A stretch of 64,000 nucleotides of DNA, taken from contig DATMBG010000032.1 in the NCBI GenBank assembly GCA_035559535.1, positions 1 through 64,000 of the forward strand, given 5' to 3'. Below, piece by piece: positions 39,180-49,064 of this stretch. The stretch comes from Candidatus Limnocylindrales bacterium (GTDB lineage Bacteria > Moduliflexota > Moduliflexia > Moduliflexales > JAUQPW01). The translations under genes were made by a program, and so were the position numbers. The number at the start of each line of letters is the position of its first letter. Position 1 is the stretch's first letter. A model generated the notes under the pieces. That model searched no databases and was not told the DNA's origin. It saw nothing but the letters and a program-made list of their open reading frames with translations.

Positions 39180-40544
39180 TTACCATTTCCTGTATCCCAG
39201 TTGTTCGATAAGTTCTTCGGCGGCTTTTTGAGCTTTCGCCGCCTCTTCTTCGGGCTGCCCCCCGGCGGTTACCCGTTGAATTAAATCGGCTACAATACCT
39301 GAGCCATCCAGCTCGGCCAGGAAGGGAAGGGTAGCATCGGCTTCAGAGACCATTCCGATAGGGGATGCTAACTTTTCATCAAAAATTTTCTGAGCCGTCT
39401 CCTGCCATTGGCTCCACTTCTGGATCGTGGGGTTATTCAAATATTCCGGCGATTTCGCTACAGATAAAAGAATCGGACTCAAATGAATGGGAACAGTATG
39501 AAGGAGTTTAATGTAGTTATCCTTTTGGTAATAAAGTTTGAGATATTCGACGGCGAGATCTCCGTATTTAGAAGAAGTAAAGATAGCCCAATTTTCCCCA
39601 TCCAGAGGGGTAATTCCCACTTTTCCAGAAGGACCTACCTGTTTGAGACCGGTTGCAAAGTAATTTTGATTTTGCATTTCTTTGGGGGCATATTTCTCGA
39701 TAAATCCGATGGTACGGGCGCCAGCCATGACGACCATGGCGACTTTCCCACTGGCAAATTGGGCCATTGTATCCAGGTAACCACGCCCCGACCAGCCGGG
39801 AGGGCAATATTTGCTCAATTCCTTTACAAAGTAGAGCATTTCAATAAAGGGTTTTTCTGTAAAGGCCGGACGCCAGGTTTCCGGGTCCACCCATCGCCCG
39901 CCATTGCTGGCCAGCCACTCCGCCGGAAGAACAAAGCCCATATAAAGACGCTCTCCCGGAAGGGTAATTCCATAACGATCTATCTTTCCATCTCCGTCGG
40001 TATCTTCCGTCAATTGCTTAGCCGCTTCAACAAGCTCAGCCCAGGTGGTCGGAATTTTAATCCCTTTTTTCTCAAACAAATCCTTCCGATAAATAAATAA
40101 ATTCGCTCCAATCACATGGGCAATCCCGTAATAGTGGCCATCAAAATACTGAAGCTTTCGGACCAGCGGGGTAATATCTTCCTCCCCAATGGCCTGGATC
40201 ACCTCATCTATAGGACGTAACAACCCCTTCTGGTAAAGAGACGCGGTGGCATAGGGTTGAAGTTCGGTTAAATCCGGGGGATCTCCTGCCGCAATGGCTG
40301 CAAAGAGTTTTGTATTCAAATCCCCCCACCCCAATGCTTCTACCTGAACCTTTACATCCGGGTATTTGGCCGTTAGTTGATTCCCTATTTCATTCATTAT
40401 GGCAACGGTGTCCGGATTGACTTCCGTCGTCCAGACGCGAAGGATTTTTTCTGCTGCCCCCACCGTACAGCTTTGATCCAGATTTCCCCCCATAAAACCT
40501 AACCAGACTGAGAGGATGGTTTGAAGAAAAAGTCGTTTTTTCAT
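39180..40544 (-). CDS. Carbohydrate ABC transporter substrate-binding protein
   Basis: Signal peptide; AAGDPPDL, YRKDLF, PTTWAEL, FASGKVAM; start moved to MKKRLF. Confidence 0.9.
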   Translation of the reverse strand: MKKRLFLQTILSVWLGFMGGNLDQSCTVGAAEKILRVWTTEVNPDTVAIMNEIGNQLTAKYPDVKVQVEALGWGDLNTKLFAAIAAGDPPDLTELQPYATASLYQKGLLRPIDEVIQAIGEEDITPLVRKLQYFDGHYYGIAHVIGANLFIYRKDLFEKKGIKIPTTWAELVEAAKQLTEDTDGDGKIDRYGITLPGERLYMGFVLPAEWLASNGGRWVDPETWRPAFTEKPFIEMLYFVKELSKYCPPGWSGRGYLDTMAQFASGKVAMVVMAGARTIGFIEKYAPKEMQNQNYFATGLKQVGPSGKVGITPLDGENWAIFTSSKYGDLAVEYLKLYYQKDNYIKLLHTVPIHLSPILLSVAKSPEYLNNPTIQKWSQWQETAQKIFDEKLASPIGMVSEADATLPFLAELDGSGIVADLIQRVTAGGQPEEEAAKAQKAAEELIEQLGYRKW

Positions 40545-40891
40545 GGAAACCCCTTCTTTAAAAGGAAGGTAAAATGAACTCCCCGTGAAAAGGTCACATC
40601 CAGGGTGGAACAATCCCCCATAATGGATTACCTTTCAACCAGGTCACCTCCTTAGGTTACCTTGATCGATCCCCTCTCAACACGAAAGGATATAAGGCCT
40701 AAAAAACTCTGATTAATAAATATTCTGAGATAGGAACTCTCCGGTTGTCAATATTTTCTCGTTGGGACTGAAAAGTTTTGTAGGATTCATTTAAAGGAAA
40801 AGAGTCGTCTTGAGGATTACAAATCTGGAATATCACCTGGATTGGAAGGGGAGTTACAAAGGGAAAGTTTAAACCGTGGAAAAAGTAAGGA

Positions 40892-40965
40892 AGCCCCCGA
40901 GAGGATTTGAACCTCCCCACAGGGATCCGGAGTCCCTTGCTCTATCCGGGCTGAGCTACGGGGGC
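40892..40965 (-). tRNA. tRNA-Arg(CCG)
   Basis: GCCCCCG/CGGGGGC acceptor stem; GCTC/GAGC D-arm; AGGGA-CTCCGGA-TCCCT anticodon arm; GGAGG-TTCAAAT-CCTCT T-arm; CCA not encoded. Confidence 0.93.
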
Positions 40966-41127
40966 CTAATTCTAATCCAATAATATCTTTCAATATATTA
41001 CTTCGAGAAACCGGAACCGTCAACGGAAAAATATCTCCCTAACACCTTACGAAATACCTTACGAGATCCCAGGGAAATCCTTTTAAACAGGCCCCGCCGA
41101 AAGGATTAACTTCCTTAAGTCGGGGTT

Positions 41128-42201
41128 TTAGTCAAATAACAAAGCTCTCTTGAAATCCGCGGGATTATCCGATGCACTGAGTGCGGTTTCCAGGGTAATT
41201 TTTCCCGAATTGTAAAGCTCTGTTAAGGCCTGATCAAAGGACTGCATACCGTACTGGGATCGTCCGGCTTCAATCACTTCCTTGATAAGAGAGGTCTTTT
41301 CAGGTTCCTCGATATAAGCCTGAATAGTTTTGGTACTGATCAAGAGTTCCACGGCAACGACCCGCCCTTTTTCATCTTTTCGAGGCAGCAGACGCTGGGA
41401 GATGATCCCTTTGATATTGGCTGCGAGTTGGAGTCGAATTTGGAGTTGTTGATGGGGGGGAAAGGAATCAATAATACGGTTAATGGTACTCCCTGCATCG
41501 GTTGTATGCAAGGTACTCATAACGAGATGGCCTGTTTCGGCGGCTTTAATGGCGATACTGATGGTTTCAGTATCTCGCATTTCCCCGACCAGGATGATAT
41601 CAGGATCCTGTCGTAAAGCGGCCCTCAAGGCCGTTGAAAAGCTCTCGGTATCTTTTCCCACCTCCCTTTGATTGATGGAGCAGAGTTTATCTTCGTACAA
41701 AAATTCTATAGGATCTTCGATGGTTATAATATGGGCTTTTTTGGTGGTATTAATATAATTAATCATGGAAGCCAGCGTGGTGGATTTACCACTTCCGGTA
41801 ATGCCGGTGACCAAGATAAGCCCTCGCGGTTCCAGGGCTAATTCCTTGACTTTTGGGGGGAGTCCCAGTTCTTCGATGGAAGGAATGGTATAGGGAATAA
41901 CTCTGAAAACCAGGGCAATACTCCCGCGCTGGCGAAAGAGATTAACCCGGAACCGGGAAATTCCAGGGATACTGTAGGAAGTATCATACTCGGATTTAGA
42001 TTGGAATCCTTCCCATTCTCTGGGACTTAATAAACTTTTTGCCAGAATCTCGGTATCTTGTGGCGTTAATTTTCTAAAGTTAGCCGGAATCAATTCTCCT
42101 CTCGCACGTAACAAAGGGGGGCTTCCGGCTTTAAAATGTAAATCCGAAACATCTTCCTTCAGCAGGGAGATGAGAAGTTTATCAACTTGTGAAGAAGCCA
42201 T
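41128..42201 (-). CDS. PilT/PilU-family pilus retraction ATPase paralogue
   Basis: SDLH, GITGSGKSTT, TIEDPIE, LRQDPDIILVGEMRD, GHLVMSTLH; lacks the AIRNLIRE-like motif. Confidence 0.92.
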   Translation of the reverse strand: MASSQVDKLLISLLKEDVSDLHFKAGSPPLLRARGELIPANFRKLTPQDTEILAKSLLSPREWEGFQSKSEYDTSYSIPGISRFRVNLFRQRGSIALVFRVIPYTIPSIEELGLPPKVKELALEPRGLILVTGITGSGKSTTLASMINYINTTKKAHIITIEDPIEFLYEDKLCSINQREVGKDTESFSTALRAALRQDPDIILVGEMRDTETISIAIKAAETGHLVMSTLHTTDAGSTINRIIDSFPPHQQLQIRLQLAANIKGIISQRLLPRKDEKGRVVAVELLISTKTIQAYIEEPEKTSLIKEVIEAGRSQYGMQSFDQALTELYNSGKITLETALSASDNPADFKRALLFD

Positions 42202-42286
42202 AATTTTTACTCCCCATGTAAAGATTATTTAAACACGCTTCCTTTATTCCTTAACCGGATAGGGCTGGGCTATCTGGGACATAATT

Positions 42287-42874
42287 TTAGCGAGGGGGTG
42301 GCGGCGGGGGTGGTTTAGAAAGTGTAGTGGGACTCAAATCGATAAGAATTCCTCCGGTTATCTGAAAGCTGCCGGCATTATCGCCATCAAAATCCACAAA
42401 ATTCCGACCCCCTTCTATGAAGAAATTAACCGGTCGATCTTCAAAGAACTTAATTCCTCCAAAAATTCTGACTCCAAACTCCGTACTGGAATTACTTTTT
42501 CCACTGGCAAAATCTCTATCAAAAAAATAAGGACCTAATCCGAGCCCTACATAGGGGGTCGTGCTATACCTGGGAAGAAAGTTATACTGGGCACTAAAAA
42601 TAAGAGGAACAACCGTTACATCTCCCCCCAGCGTAGAGCTTTTGCTATCGGACGAATAATATTCCACACTAATTCCCAATTGCAACCCCAAGTTACTATC
42701 CAATCCGAGGACCCCACCTAACAGAAGATCGGTATCAAATTCACTGTTAAAAGGAGCCTCGCTGGGAATATAAGCCCCGGTTTTAAACCCTATCTCTATT
42801 TCAGCAGAAACAATCCTTACCCAACCGACCACTAAAAATAAAACCAACACCCAAAATCTCTCTATCCTTTGCAT
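42287..42874 (-). CDS. OmpW/OmpA-like outer-membrane beta-barrel with a poly-Pro tail
   Basis: Signal peptide; VPLIFSAQYNF...PYVGLGLG; alternating beta-strand pattern. Confidence 0.75.
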   Translation of the reverse strand: MQRIERFWVLVLFLVVGWVRIVSAEIEIGFKTGAYIPSEAPFNSEFDTDLLLGGVLGLDSNLGLQLGISVEYYSSDSKSSTLGGDVTVVPLIFSAQYNFLPRYSTTPYVGLGLGPYFFDRDFASGKSNSSTEFGVRIFGGIKFFEDRPVNFFIEGGRNFVDFDGDNAGSFQITGGILIDLSPTTLSKPPPPPPPR

Positions 42875-43156
42875 AAGTTATCTGTCTCCTGTTCGAGGGT
42901 ATAAACGGTTTGTTAATGTTAAGAGGCGATCTCTTTTTATGAAACTACCAGCCACTCTAAATAAAGTCCCAGATTGTCAAATCGATGGAATTGTATTATC
43001 AGAAATCCCTATACCTGTCAAGGGATTCCTTTCTTAAACTTTATGGCTCTAAATTTAATTCTTGACTTTAGGGTCCATGTTCATTTAAAAATAGGTAGAA
43101 AAACTCCAAAGTATATGGTCTTGATAAGGTTTTATTACAACTCCGGAGGATAAATT

Positions 43157-43834
43157 ATGCGTGATCCAGGGCAAACAGGTAAGTTCAATTTAAAGGATCA
43201 AGAAAAAGGTAAGGTTCTGGTTGCAGAGACCGTAGCTGAAATAAGAAGGGACATTAAAAATTTGTTAGAATCTAAAGGATTTGAGGTTATTACCGCTGAA
43301 GACGGAAAAGCTGCCATAAGTAAGGTTGAAGAAGATCGCCCTGAATTGATCATCGTAGATACCATGCTCCCCGGCATAGATGGGATTCAACTCTGTAAAG
43401 TTCTGAGAAACAAACAAGAAACCAGGCTTTTACCCATTGTTCTGCTAACTTCTAAAACGGGTCTGGAGGATAAAGCCCGGGGCTTTGAAAGTGGGGCGGA
43501 TGATTATATTATAAAACCCTTCCATCCCTATGAGTTGTTAATTCGAGTAAGATCCCTCCTGGCTATGCGCAGGTTACAAATTCAGGCTTCCGAGTCGGAG
43601 AAACTTGCCGTAATCCGCGAACTATGCACGGCCCTGGAATTCGAGATTAGCCACTCTACCGATACCATTCTGAATTGTACGACTTATCTGGAAAATGCGC
43701 TTAAAACCCATCAAGACCCGGTGCTCCTCTCGCGGGCTCAAACTATTTCCTATCACACTTCCAGAATCAAAATGATGTTAAGTAAATTAATCGAAATTAC
43801 CGGAGATCCCGACACTAAAGTCAGGTTGGAGTAG
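43157..43834 (+). CDS. Response regulator (receiver domain plus degenerate DHp-like helices)
   Basis: LIIVDTMLPGIDG, LLTS, GADDYIIKPF. Confidence 0.9.
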   Translation: MRDPGQTGKFNLKDQEKGKVLVAETVAEIRRDIKNLLESKGFEVITAEDGKAAISKVEEDRPELIIVDTMLPGIDGIQLCKVLRNKQETRLLPIVLLTSKTGLEDKARGFESGADDYIIKPFHPYELLIRVRSLLAMRRLQIQASESEKLAVIRELCTALEFEISHSTDTILNCTTYLENALKTHQDPVLLSRAQTISYHTSRIKMMLSKLIEITGDPDTKVRLE

Positions 43835-43867
43835 TGTGTAATTGTTAGGACCCATGGGGACAAAATT

Positions 43868-44455
43868 TTACGTTTTCTGGAGCAGGTTTTGTCGTATATA
43901 CAAACTTTGTAAAGCAATAATGGTTTTACCATCACAGATCTCCCCGGTTTCTATCATCTGTAAGGCCTTTTCGAAAGGTAATTCCAGGAGTTGAATATCT
44001 TCATGCTCAGAAGCCAGACCTCCCCCCGGGTTAATCCGCTCGGCCTCATCTAAATACCCTAGATAGACCTGAATCGTTTCACAACTGCTACCGGGAGTTG
44101 GATAAAATTTACACAGGGGAATCAGGTTTTGTATACGGTAACCCACTTCTTCCAGAACTTCATCCCGGGCCGTCGTAAGAGGATCTCGCCCCTTGTCTTG
44201 AATTCCGGCTACAACCTCGATCAACCAGCCAGGTCCTCCGTGTAAGTAAGCAGCACAACGGAATTGTTTAATCAGCAAAACGGTATTTTTTTCTCGATGG
44301 TAAAGAAGAATGGCCACTGCATGGCCCCGATCAAGAACCAGACGCTCGACGACCTCGCTCATAGTTCCGTCAAACTTTTCATGGCGGAAAATCACTTTAT
44401 CCAACTTAAAATAACCGTCATACTCTCGTTGGATCTGTTTTATTTCAACTTTCAC
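43868..44455 (-). CDS. NUDIX hydrolase (ADP-ribose/NDP-sugar pyrophosphatase-like)
   Basis: KQFR, EVVAG...ARDEVLEEVG Nudix box, GGGLASEHEDI, DGKTII. Confidence 0.92.
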   Translation of the reverse strand: MKVEIKQIQREYDGYFKLDKVIFRHEKFDGTMSEVVERLVLDRGHAVAILLYHREKNTVLLIKQFRCAAYLHGGPGWLIEVVAGIQDKGRDPLTTARDEVLEEVGYRIQNLIPLCKFYPTPGSSCETIQVYLGYLDEAERINPGGGLASEHEDIQLLELPFEKALQMIETGEICDGKTIIALQSLYIRQNLLQKT

Positions 44456-44532
44456 AATCTGTAGTCTACCATCCGTTGTCCGTTGATTTTTACTTTTTCC
44501 CTAACTCATAACGGACAACAGACAGAGATTTT

Positions 44533-47520
44533 TTAGAGTTCTCCCATCAATTGAATGGATTGGATTTCAACCAATCCTCCCCCAGTTCCTAAATCCAGGC
44601 GGAGTCCTGTAATTTTATTAACCCAAACCCATGCCGGTAAAGAGGATAGCTGAATGACATAGGGATGAAAGGTTCCATCTGCCCGGAGACTGAAAACAAG
44701 ACTGCTTTGGCTGTTAAAACCCCTTTGATCGACGGCCCAGAGTAGCTGCCCTTGCTTTCCTTGATGGACCCTCATATTTACAATAAAATAAGTGACAGGT
44801 TTTGGATCTAGTCCGTCCACCTCCCATTCTATTCCTTGATTTACCAGACGTACTCCATCCCCCGGGAATTTCCACTCCTTGAGGATCCGATGACCGGGTA
44901 AAATTTCTTCCAGTCGATCTCTTCCCCACAAAAAGGGAACATAACCAAAATCCACAGCATGAAAGAGATAAGATCCATAAGATTCTTCCACGGCCTGGAT
45001 GGTACCGGGTTCTAAAAGGATAAAGTTAGCTATCCGGGCAGCCGGTTTATAATGCCGGAGCAGATAATGGGAGAGGAGATAATGTCGTAAGTAGGTATCT
45101 ACTCCGTCTATCTCGTCCCAATGGGTTTGGGAACGAAAGATAATAAATTTGGGAGGGTGCTGCTCCAAATCCCGGATCACTTCCCTCTGTTGCTCCTCGG
45201 TAATAACAAGCTGGGTCAGAGCATAACGGGTCGGATTCTTTCTATCTGCAAGAAAATAAAAGGCTCCATGATTGGTAAAGTCCCAGATATAATCCGTTGG
45301 GAGGGTCATTTTTGCAAAAAAATTAAGTACCTGTGCCATAGTATGGGCTTGTTCGGGTGAGAGAAAGAGTTGACCCAATCTGGGCTCTGAGACCCTGATA
45401 CGTCCTGTTACCTGAATAGAGTTTTTGGTAGAAAATCGACTCAGTTGATCAGGCAAGGTTGTTTTTCCTTCCCGTCGGGTTGGCGTTGGAATAAATAAAG
45501 AGGCTGCTAAGAAGAGATAAATCAAGGCATACCTTGGATGGAACCGAACCGCTTTGGTGAGTAAAAATAACAATAAAATCCACCCGAAATGGCTTCCCAT
45601 CAAAGCATGTCCGGAATCTGAGCGATCCAATCCTCGTTTATAATAAACAATATTAACTAATAAAAGAAGGATTAGAATCCAATCTTCAGGTGAAGTCCAT
45701 TGTCCGGCCCTTAGTTTAAATCTTAACAGAACGAGGACCAATAAAATAAGAAGGGGGAGGAGATAGCCTTCCCAAAAATCATAATGATCGTTAATACCCA
45801 GAATGAGCGTTTTAAAAGGAAGGGAACTCCAGTGATCATAGGCTCTGAAGATTTCCTTGTAAGTAGAAATAAAGGGCTCCCAGGCCTTTAGTTTGATAAG
45901 ATATATGGCAAAGGGGACAAAGCTGATCCAAAGGGTTAGGGTATAAATAAAAACCGGTTTCCATCCTTTTCCCCTCTCCTTTTTCCACATTCCCAATCCC
46001 AGGAGAATCCCTAGGCCTCCTTCTGCCAGAATAACTGCGAACCCTGTATCGTTGGCAATAAGAAAGCTTAAAAAGGCTGTAAAAGCCGAAAGGCATAAAT
46101 ACCAGGTTCGATGATATCTTAGATACGCAACGGTCCATAAAAGGCTCAGGTTAGCAATCAGGGTTCTCTCAGTGGCAAGGATAGGAAATAGCCCTGTTAA
46201 AATCAGAGAAACCAATAAAAGCGCCCCTTCATAAGGAAGGCATAAGAGTCCCAGATAGTAATAAGAAACGACGGCTAAAGGACTTATAATATTTTCCAGA
46301 ATTCGGAATCCTTCAAGGGATTGCCCAAAAAGCTTGAATCCAAGGAGAGGCATTCCGATATCGGCAAACAAGCCGTGAACGAAAAAGATATCTTTATAGG
46401 GAATTTTTCCATCCAGAAAAGCCCGGGCGGGGACCAACTTTTCCCCTTCATGAAAAAAATCCACGTCTCGCTGAATATTGGGATGAAAGAAAAGAGAATA
46501 AATGAGGATCGGAAACAAACCCCAGAAGAAGATTTTCAAAAAAAGTCCTTTAGGATCCCCTGTTCCTGGATTCCGGATAACCCAAATCCAAATGGCCGTG
46601 GAAACCACAAGGGTTACAAGGATTAAGAGGGACCTGTGATAAGGGACGTTATACCACTCCAAGACTTTACCATCCTGGATATATTCTGCCCAGAAGAGGG
46701 TTTCCAGGGATAAAATAGCAAAAGGTAAAAAGGTTAGAGCGATCTGAGGGAGAACTTCAGATCTGGATTGGGATTTACGTTGGGCAATAAAATGAGAAAC
46801 AAGCCACCAAACGATCCAGCTCGAACCTCCCATAGCCAGCAGGATCCAGAAGCTGTATACTTCCAGAATACTTGAAGAATCGAAACGTCTTCGACCGGGC
46901 ATTGCAAGAAGAAAGAGACCGGGACAGGTTCCAAGCAAAAAAACCCCTAGGGATATCAAGAAGAGATCCCGTTTTTTATTATAGTTTTCATAAAAAAAGG
47001 GTATCAGAAGGTTTATGCCGATAAAAGCGAGACCCAGGGTGAGAACGATGGGGCTTAGAAAGAATTCTTCATTACGATAAGGTGCATAAAAAAGTAGGGG
47101 AACTAAAAACCAGATGGCGTAACTGAATGCCGTAAGTTTTAAATTTTCTGGGGGGGTTATAGAACAGAATTTCTGTTGAAAGGCGGTTAGAGGAAACCAA
47201 AGCAGATAGCCGAAGAAAGTTATCAGGGGAACGATTAAGAGGGTTAACAGATACAGGAAGGATTCACGCTGCTCAGGGTAGAGGCGGAGGGCAGCAAAGC
47301 CTACGGTTCCTTTATAAGAGTGGTACTCGAAGGGAAGAATCTCTTGGAGAATGAGGAGGATCCCCAATCCCGAAAAGAAACTTCCTATAAGGACAATAGC
47401 CTGCCAGAGCGTTAAGTCATATTTTTTAGCTTCTTCGCGAAGGAAGGTTACGGACTTTAAATCCAGTTGGGCAAACATGTATTGAGTGCCAGGAAAGAAC
47501 CAGCTTGTCTCCCTTCCCAA
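44533..47520 (-). CDS. Large polytopic membrane protein, GT-C-like
   Basis: Many TMs; DFFHEGE...GKIPYKDIFFVHG loop resembles the one in 17965-19803. Confidence 0.6.
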   Translation of the reverse strand: MGRETSWFFPGTQYMFAQLDLKSVTFLREEAKKYDLTLWQAIVLIGSFFSGLGILLILQEILPFEYHSYKGTVGFAALRLYPEQRESFLYLLTLLIVPLITFFGYLLWFPLTAFQQKFCSITPPENLKLTAFSYAIWFLVPLLFYAPYRNEEFFLSPIVLTLGLAFIGINLLIPFFYENYNKKRDLFLISLGVFLLGTCPGLFLLAMPGRRRFDSSSILEVYSFWILLAMGGSSWIVWWLVSHFIAQRKSQSRSEVLPQIALTFLPFAILSLETLFWAEYIQDGKVLEWYNVPYHRSLLILVTLVVSTAIWIWVIRNPGTGDPKGLFLKIFFWGLFPILIYSLFFHPNIQRDVDFFHEGEKLVPARAFLDGKIPYKDIFFVHGLFADIGMPLLGFKLFGQSLEGFRILENIISPLAVVSYYYLGLLCLPYEGALLLVSLILTGLFPILATERTLIANLSLLWTVAYLRYHRTWYLCLSAFTAFLSFLIANDTGFAVILAEGGLGILLGLGMWKKERGKGWKPVFIYTLTLWISFVPFAIYLIKLKAWEPFISTYKEIFRAYDHWSSLPFKTLILGINDHYDFWEGYLLPLLILLVLVLLRFKLRAGQWTSPEDWILILLLLVNIVYYKRGLDRSDSGHALMGSHFGWILLLFLLTKAVRFHPRYALIYLFLAASLFIPTPTRREGKTTLPDQLSRFSTKNSIQVTGRIRVSEPRLGQLFLSPEQAHTMAQVLNFFAKMTLPTDYIWDFTNHGAFYFLADRKNPTRYALTQLVITEEQQREVIRDLEQHPPKFIIFRSQTHWDEIDGVDTYLRHYLLSHYLLRHYKPAARIANFILLEPGTIQAVEESYGSYLFHAVDFGYVPFLWGRDRLEEILPGHRILKEWKFPGDGVRLVNQGIEWEVDGLDPKPVTYFIVNMRVHQGKQGQLLWAVDQRGFNSQSSLVFSLRADGTFHPYVIQLSSLPAWVWVNKITGLRLDLGTGGGLVEIQSIQLMGEL

Positions 47521-47568
47521 AACCTCGGGAGAAGGGTTAGAGGTGAGAATCTGACCGGCTATCGTTTA

Positions 47569-48930
47569 TTAAAGGATTCTTCCGGCCAGATCGTAGGTAT
47601 AGGCGTTGGTAATCTCCACGTCTTCCAGTCTTCCCTGCTCAGTCTGGCCCTCGTTGAGGTAAACGACGCCATCAATTTCGGGGGCCTGATTCTGCATCCG
47701 TCCTACCAACAGGAGAGGGGTTTCCGGGGACACGCCATCAACCAGAACACGTTGCTTGGTTCCTATCAGGGCTTTATTTTTCTCTCTGGAGATAGCCGCC
47801 TGTATCTTCATCAGCCGTCGGTATCGTTTATCCTTAACTTTAGCCGGTACCTCGTTTTTAAGGGTTGCGGCAACGGTTCCTTCTTCTTTAGAGTATTTGA
47901 AAACCCCCACCCGATCAAATTGCGTTTCTTGAACAAATTCCACCAGTCGTTCAAAGGCTTCTTCGGTTTCTCCGGGAAATCCTACAATAAAGGTAGTTCT
48001 TAGCGAAACTCCTGGAATTGTTTCCCGTATAGTTTGAATTAATTCCTTTATTTTTTTAGAAGAGCTGGGTCGATTCATGGCCTTGAGTAGGGCATCGTCA
48101 ATATGTTGTAAGGGAAGGTCTATATACTTACAGATTTTAGGTTCCCGGGCGATGGTTTCCATAAGGGGCTTTCTAAGGGTCGTCGGATAGGCATATAAAA
48201 ATCGAATCCATTCAATTCCATCCACCCGGACCAATTCTTCCAGAAGACGGGAAAGGGTTACCTCTTTTCCCTGGTCTTTTCCATAGGCGGTTGTATCCTG
48301 GGCAATCAGGTTAATCTCTTTAACCCCCTGGTCTGCCAGGCGTTTTACTTCTTCGACTACCGATGAAATCGTTCTACTTCGGAACCGTCCGCGCATAGAA
48401 GGAATAGCACAAAACGTACAGGTATAATCACATCCTTCGGCAATCTTAACATAAGCCGTGTGGGGAGGCCCTAAATTGACCCGTGGAGTAGTATGATTAT
48501 AAAGATACGTGGATTGGTAAGCTCCTTGAGAAATAAGGTTAAGGGATAAACGGTGGGTCCGCTCTTCAGAAGAATGTTTGCCTGTTAACTCATCACAAAC
48601 CCTGGCGATGTGAGGGATATCGTCCAGCCCCAGGAAGACATCGACTTCTGGAAGCTCTCTGGCCAGATCCTTGGGGTACCGCTGGACCAGACAACCCGTT
48701 ACAATGAGATATCGGCATTGACCCGCTTCCTTCCATTGAGCGACTTCTAATATGGTATCGATAGATTCCTCTTTAGCCGGGTTAATAAAGCCACAGGTGT
48801 TTACAATGATAATGTCTGCATTGGCTTCGGAAGTCAGCTCATAATTCGCTTCCCGAAGGAAGCCTGCCATAACTTCGGCATCTACCGTATTCTTGGCACA
48901 TCCTAACGTGATAATCCCAACCTTTTTCAT
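47569..48930 (-). CDS. rimO: Ribosomal protein S12 methylthiotransferase
   Basis: LGCAKNTVDAE, NTCGFI, EGCDYTCTFC, APEIDG and TRAM domain. Confidence 0.95.
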   Translation of the reverse strand: MKKVGIITLGCAKNTVDAEVMAGFLREANYELTSEANADIIIVNTCGFINPAKEESIDTILEVAQWKEAGQCRYLIVTGCLVQRYPKDLARELPEVDVFLGLDDIPHIARVCDELTGKHSSEERTHRLSLNLISQGAYQSTYLYNHTTPRVNLGPPHTAYVKIAEGCDYTCTFCAIPSMRGRFRSRTISSVVEEVKRLADQGVKEINLIAQDTTAYGKDQGKEVTLSRLLEELVRVDGIEWIRFLYAYPTTLRKPLMETIAREPKICKYIDLPLQHIDDALLKAMNRPSSSKKIKELIQTIRETIPGVSLRTTFIVGFPGETEEAFERLVEFVQETQFDRVGVFKYSKEEGTVAATLKNEVPAKVKDKRYRRLMKIQAAISREKNKALIGTKQRVLVDGVSPETPLLLVGRMQNQAPEIDGVVYLNEGQTEQGRLEDVEITNAYTYDLAGRIL

Positions 48931-49064
48931 CGTTAAAAGAATACAAACTTTCCAGGCTTTTTTCAAGCGAAATTCTTTACCATGTAACTGTAACAATTTC
49001 TTACGAAAATCGTCTTACGATTTTCATGCTTCGTGAGGCCCTGAGAGGAATATCAAGCTCTTTA

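Noticed and set aside
40892-40965. tRNA as an integration site for an island
   Set aside because: No integrase and no duplicated tRNA 3' end seen in the window
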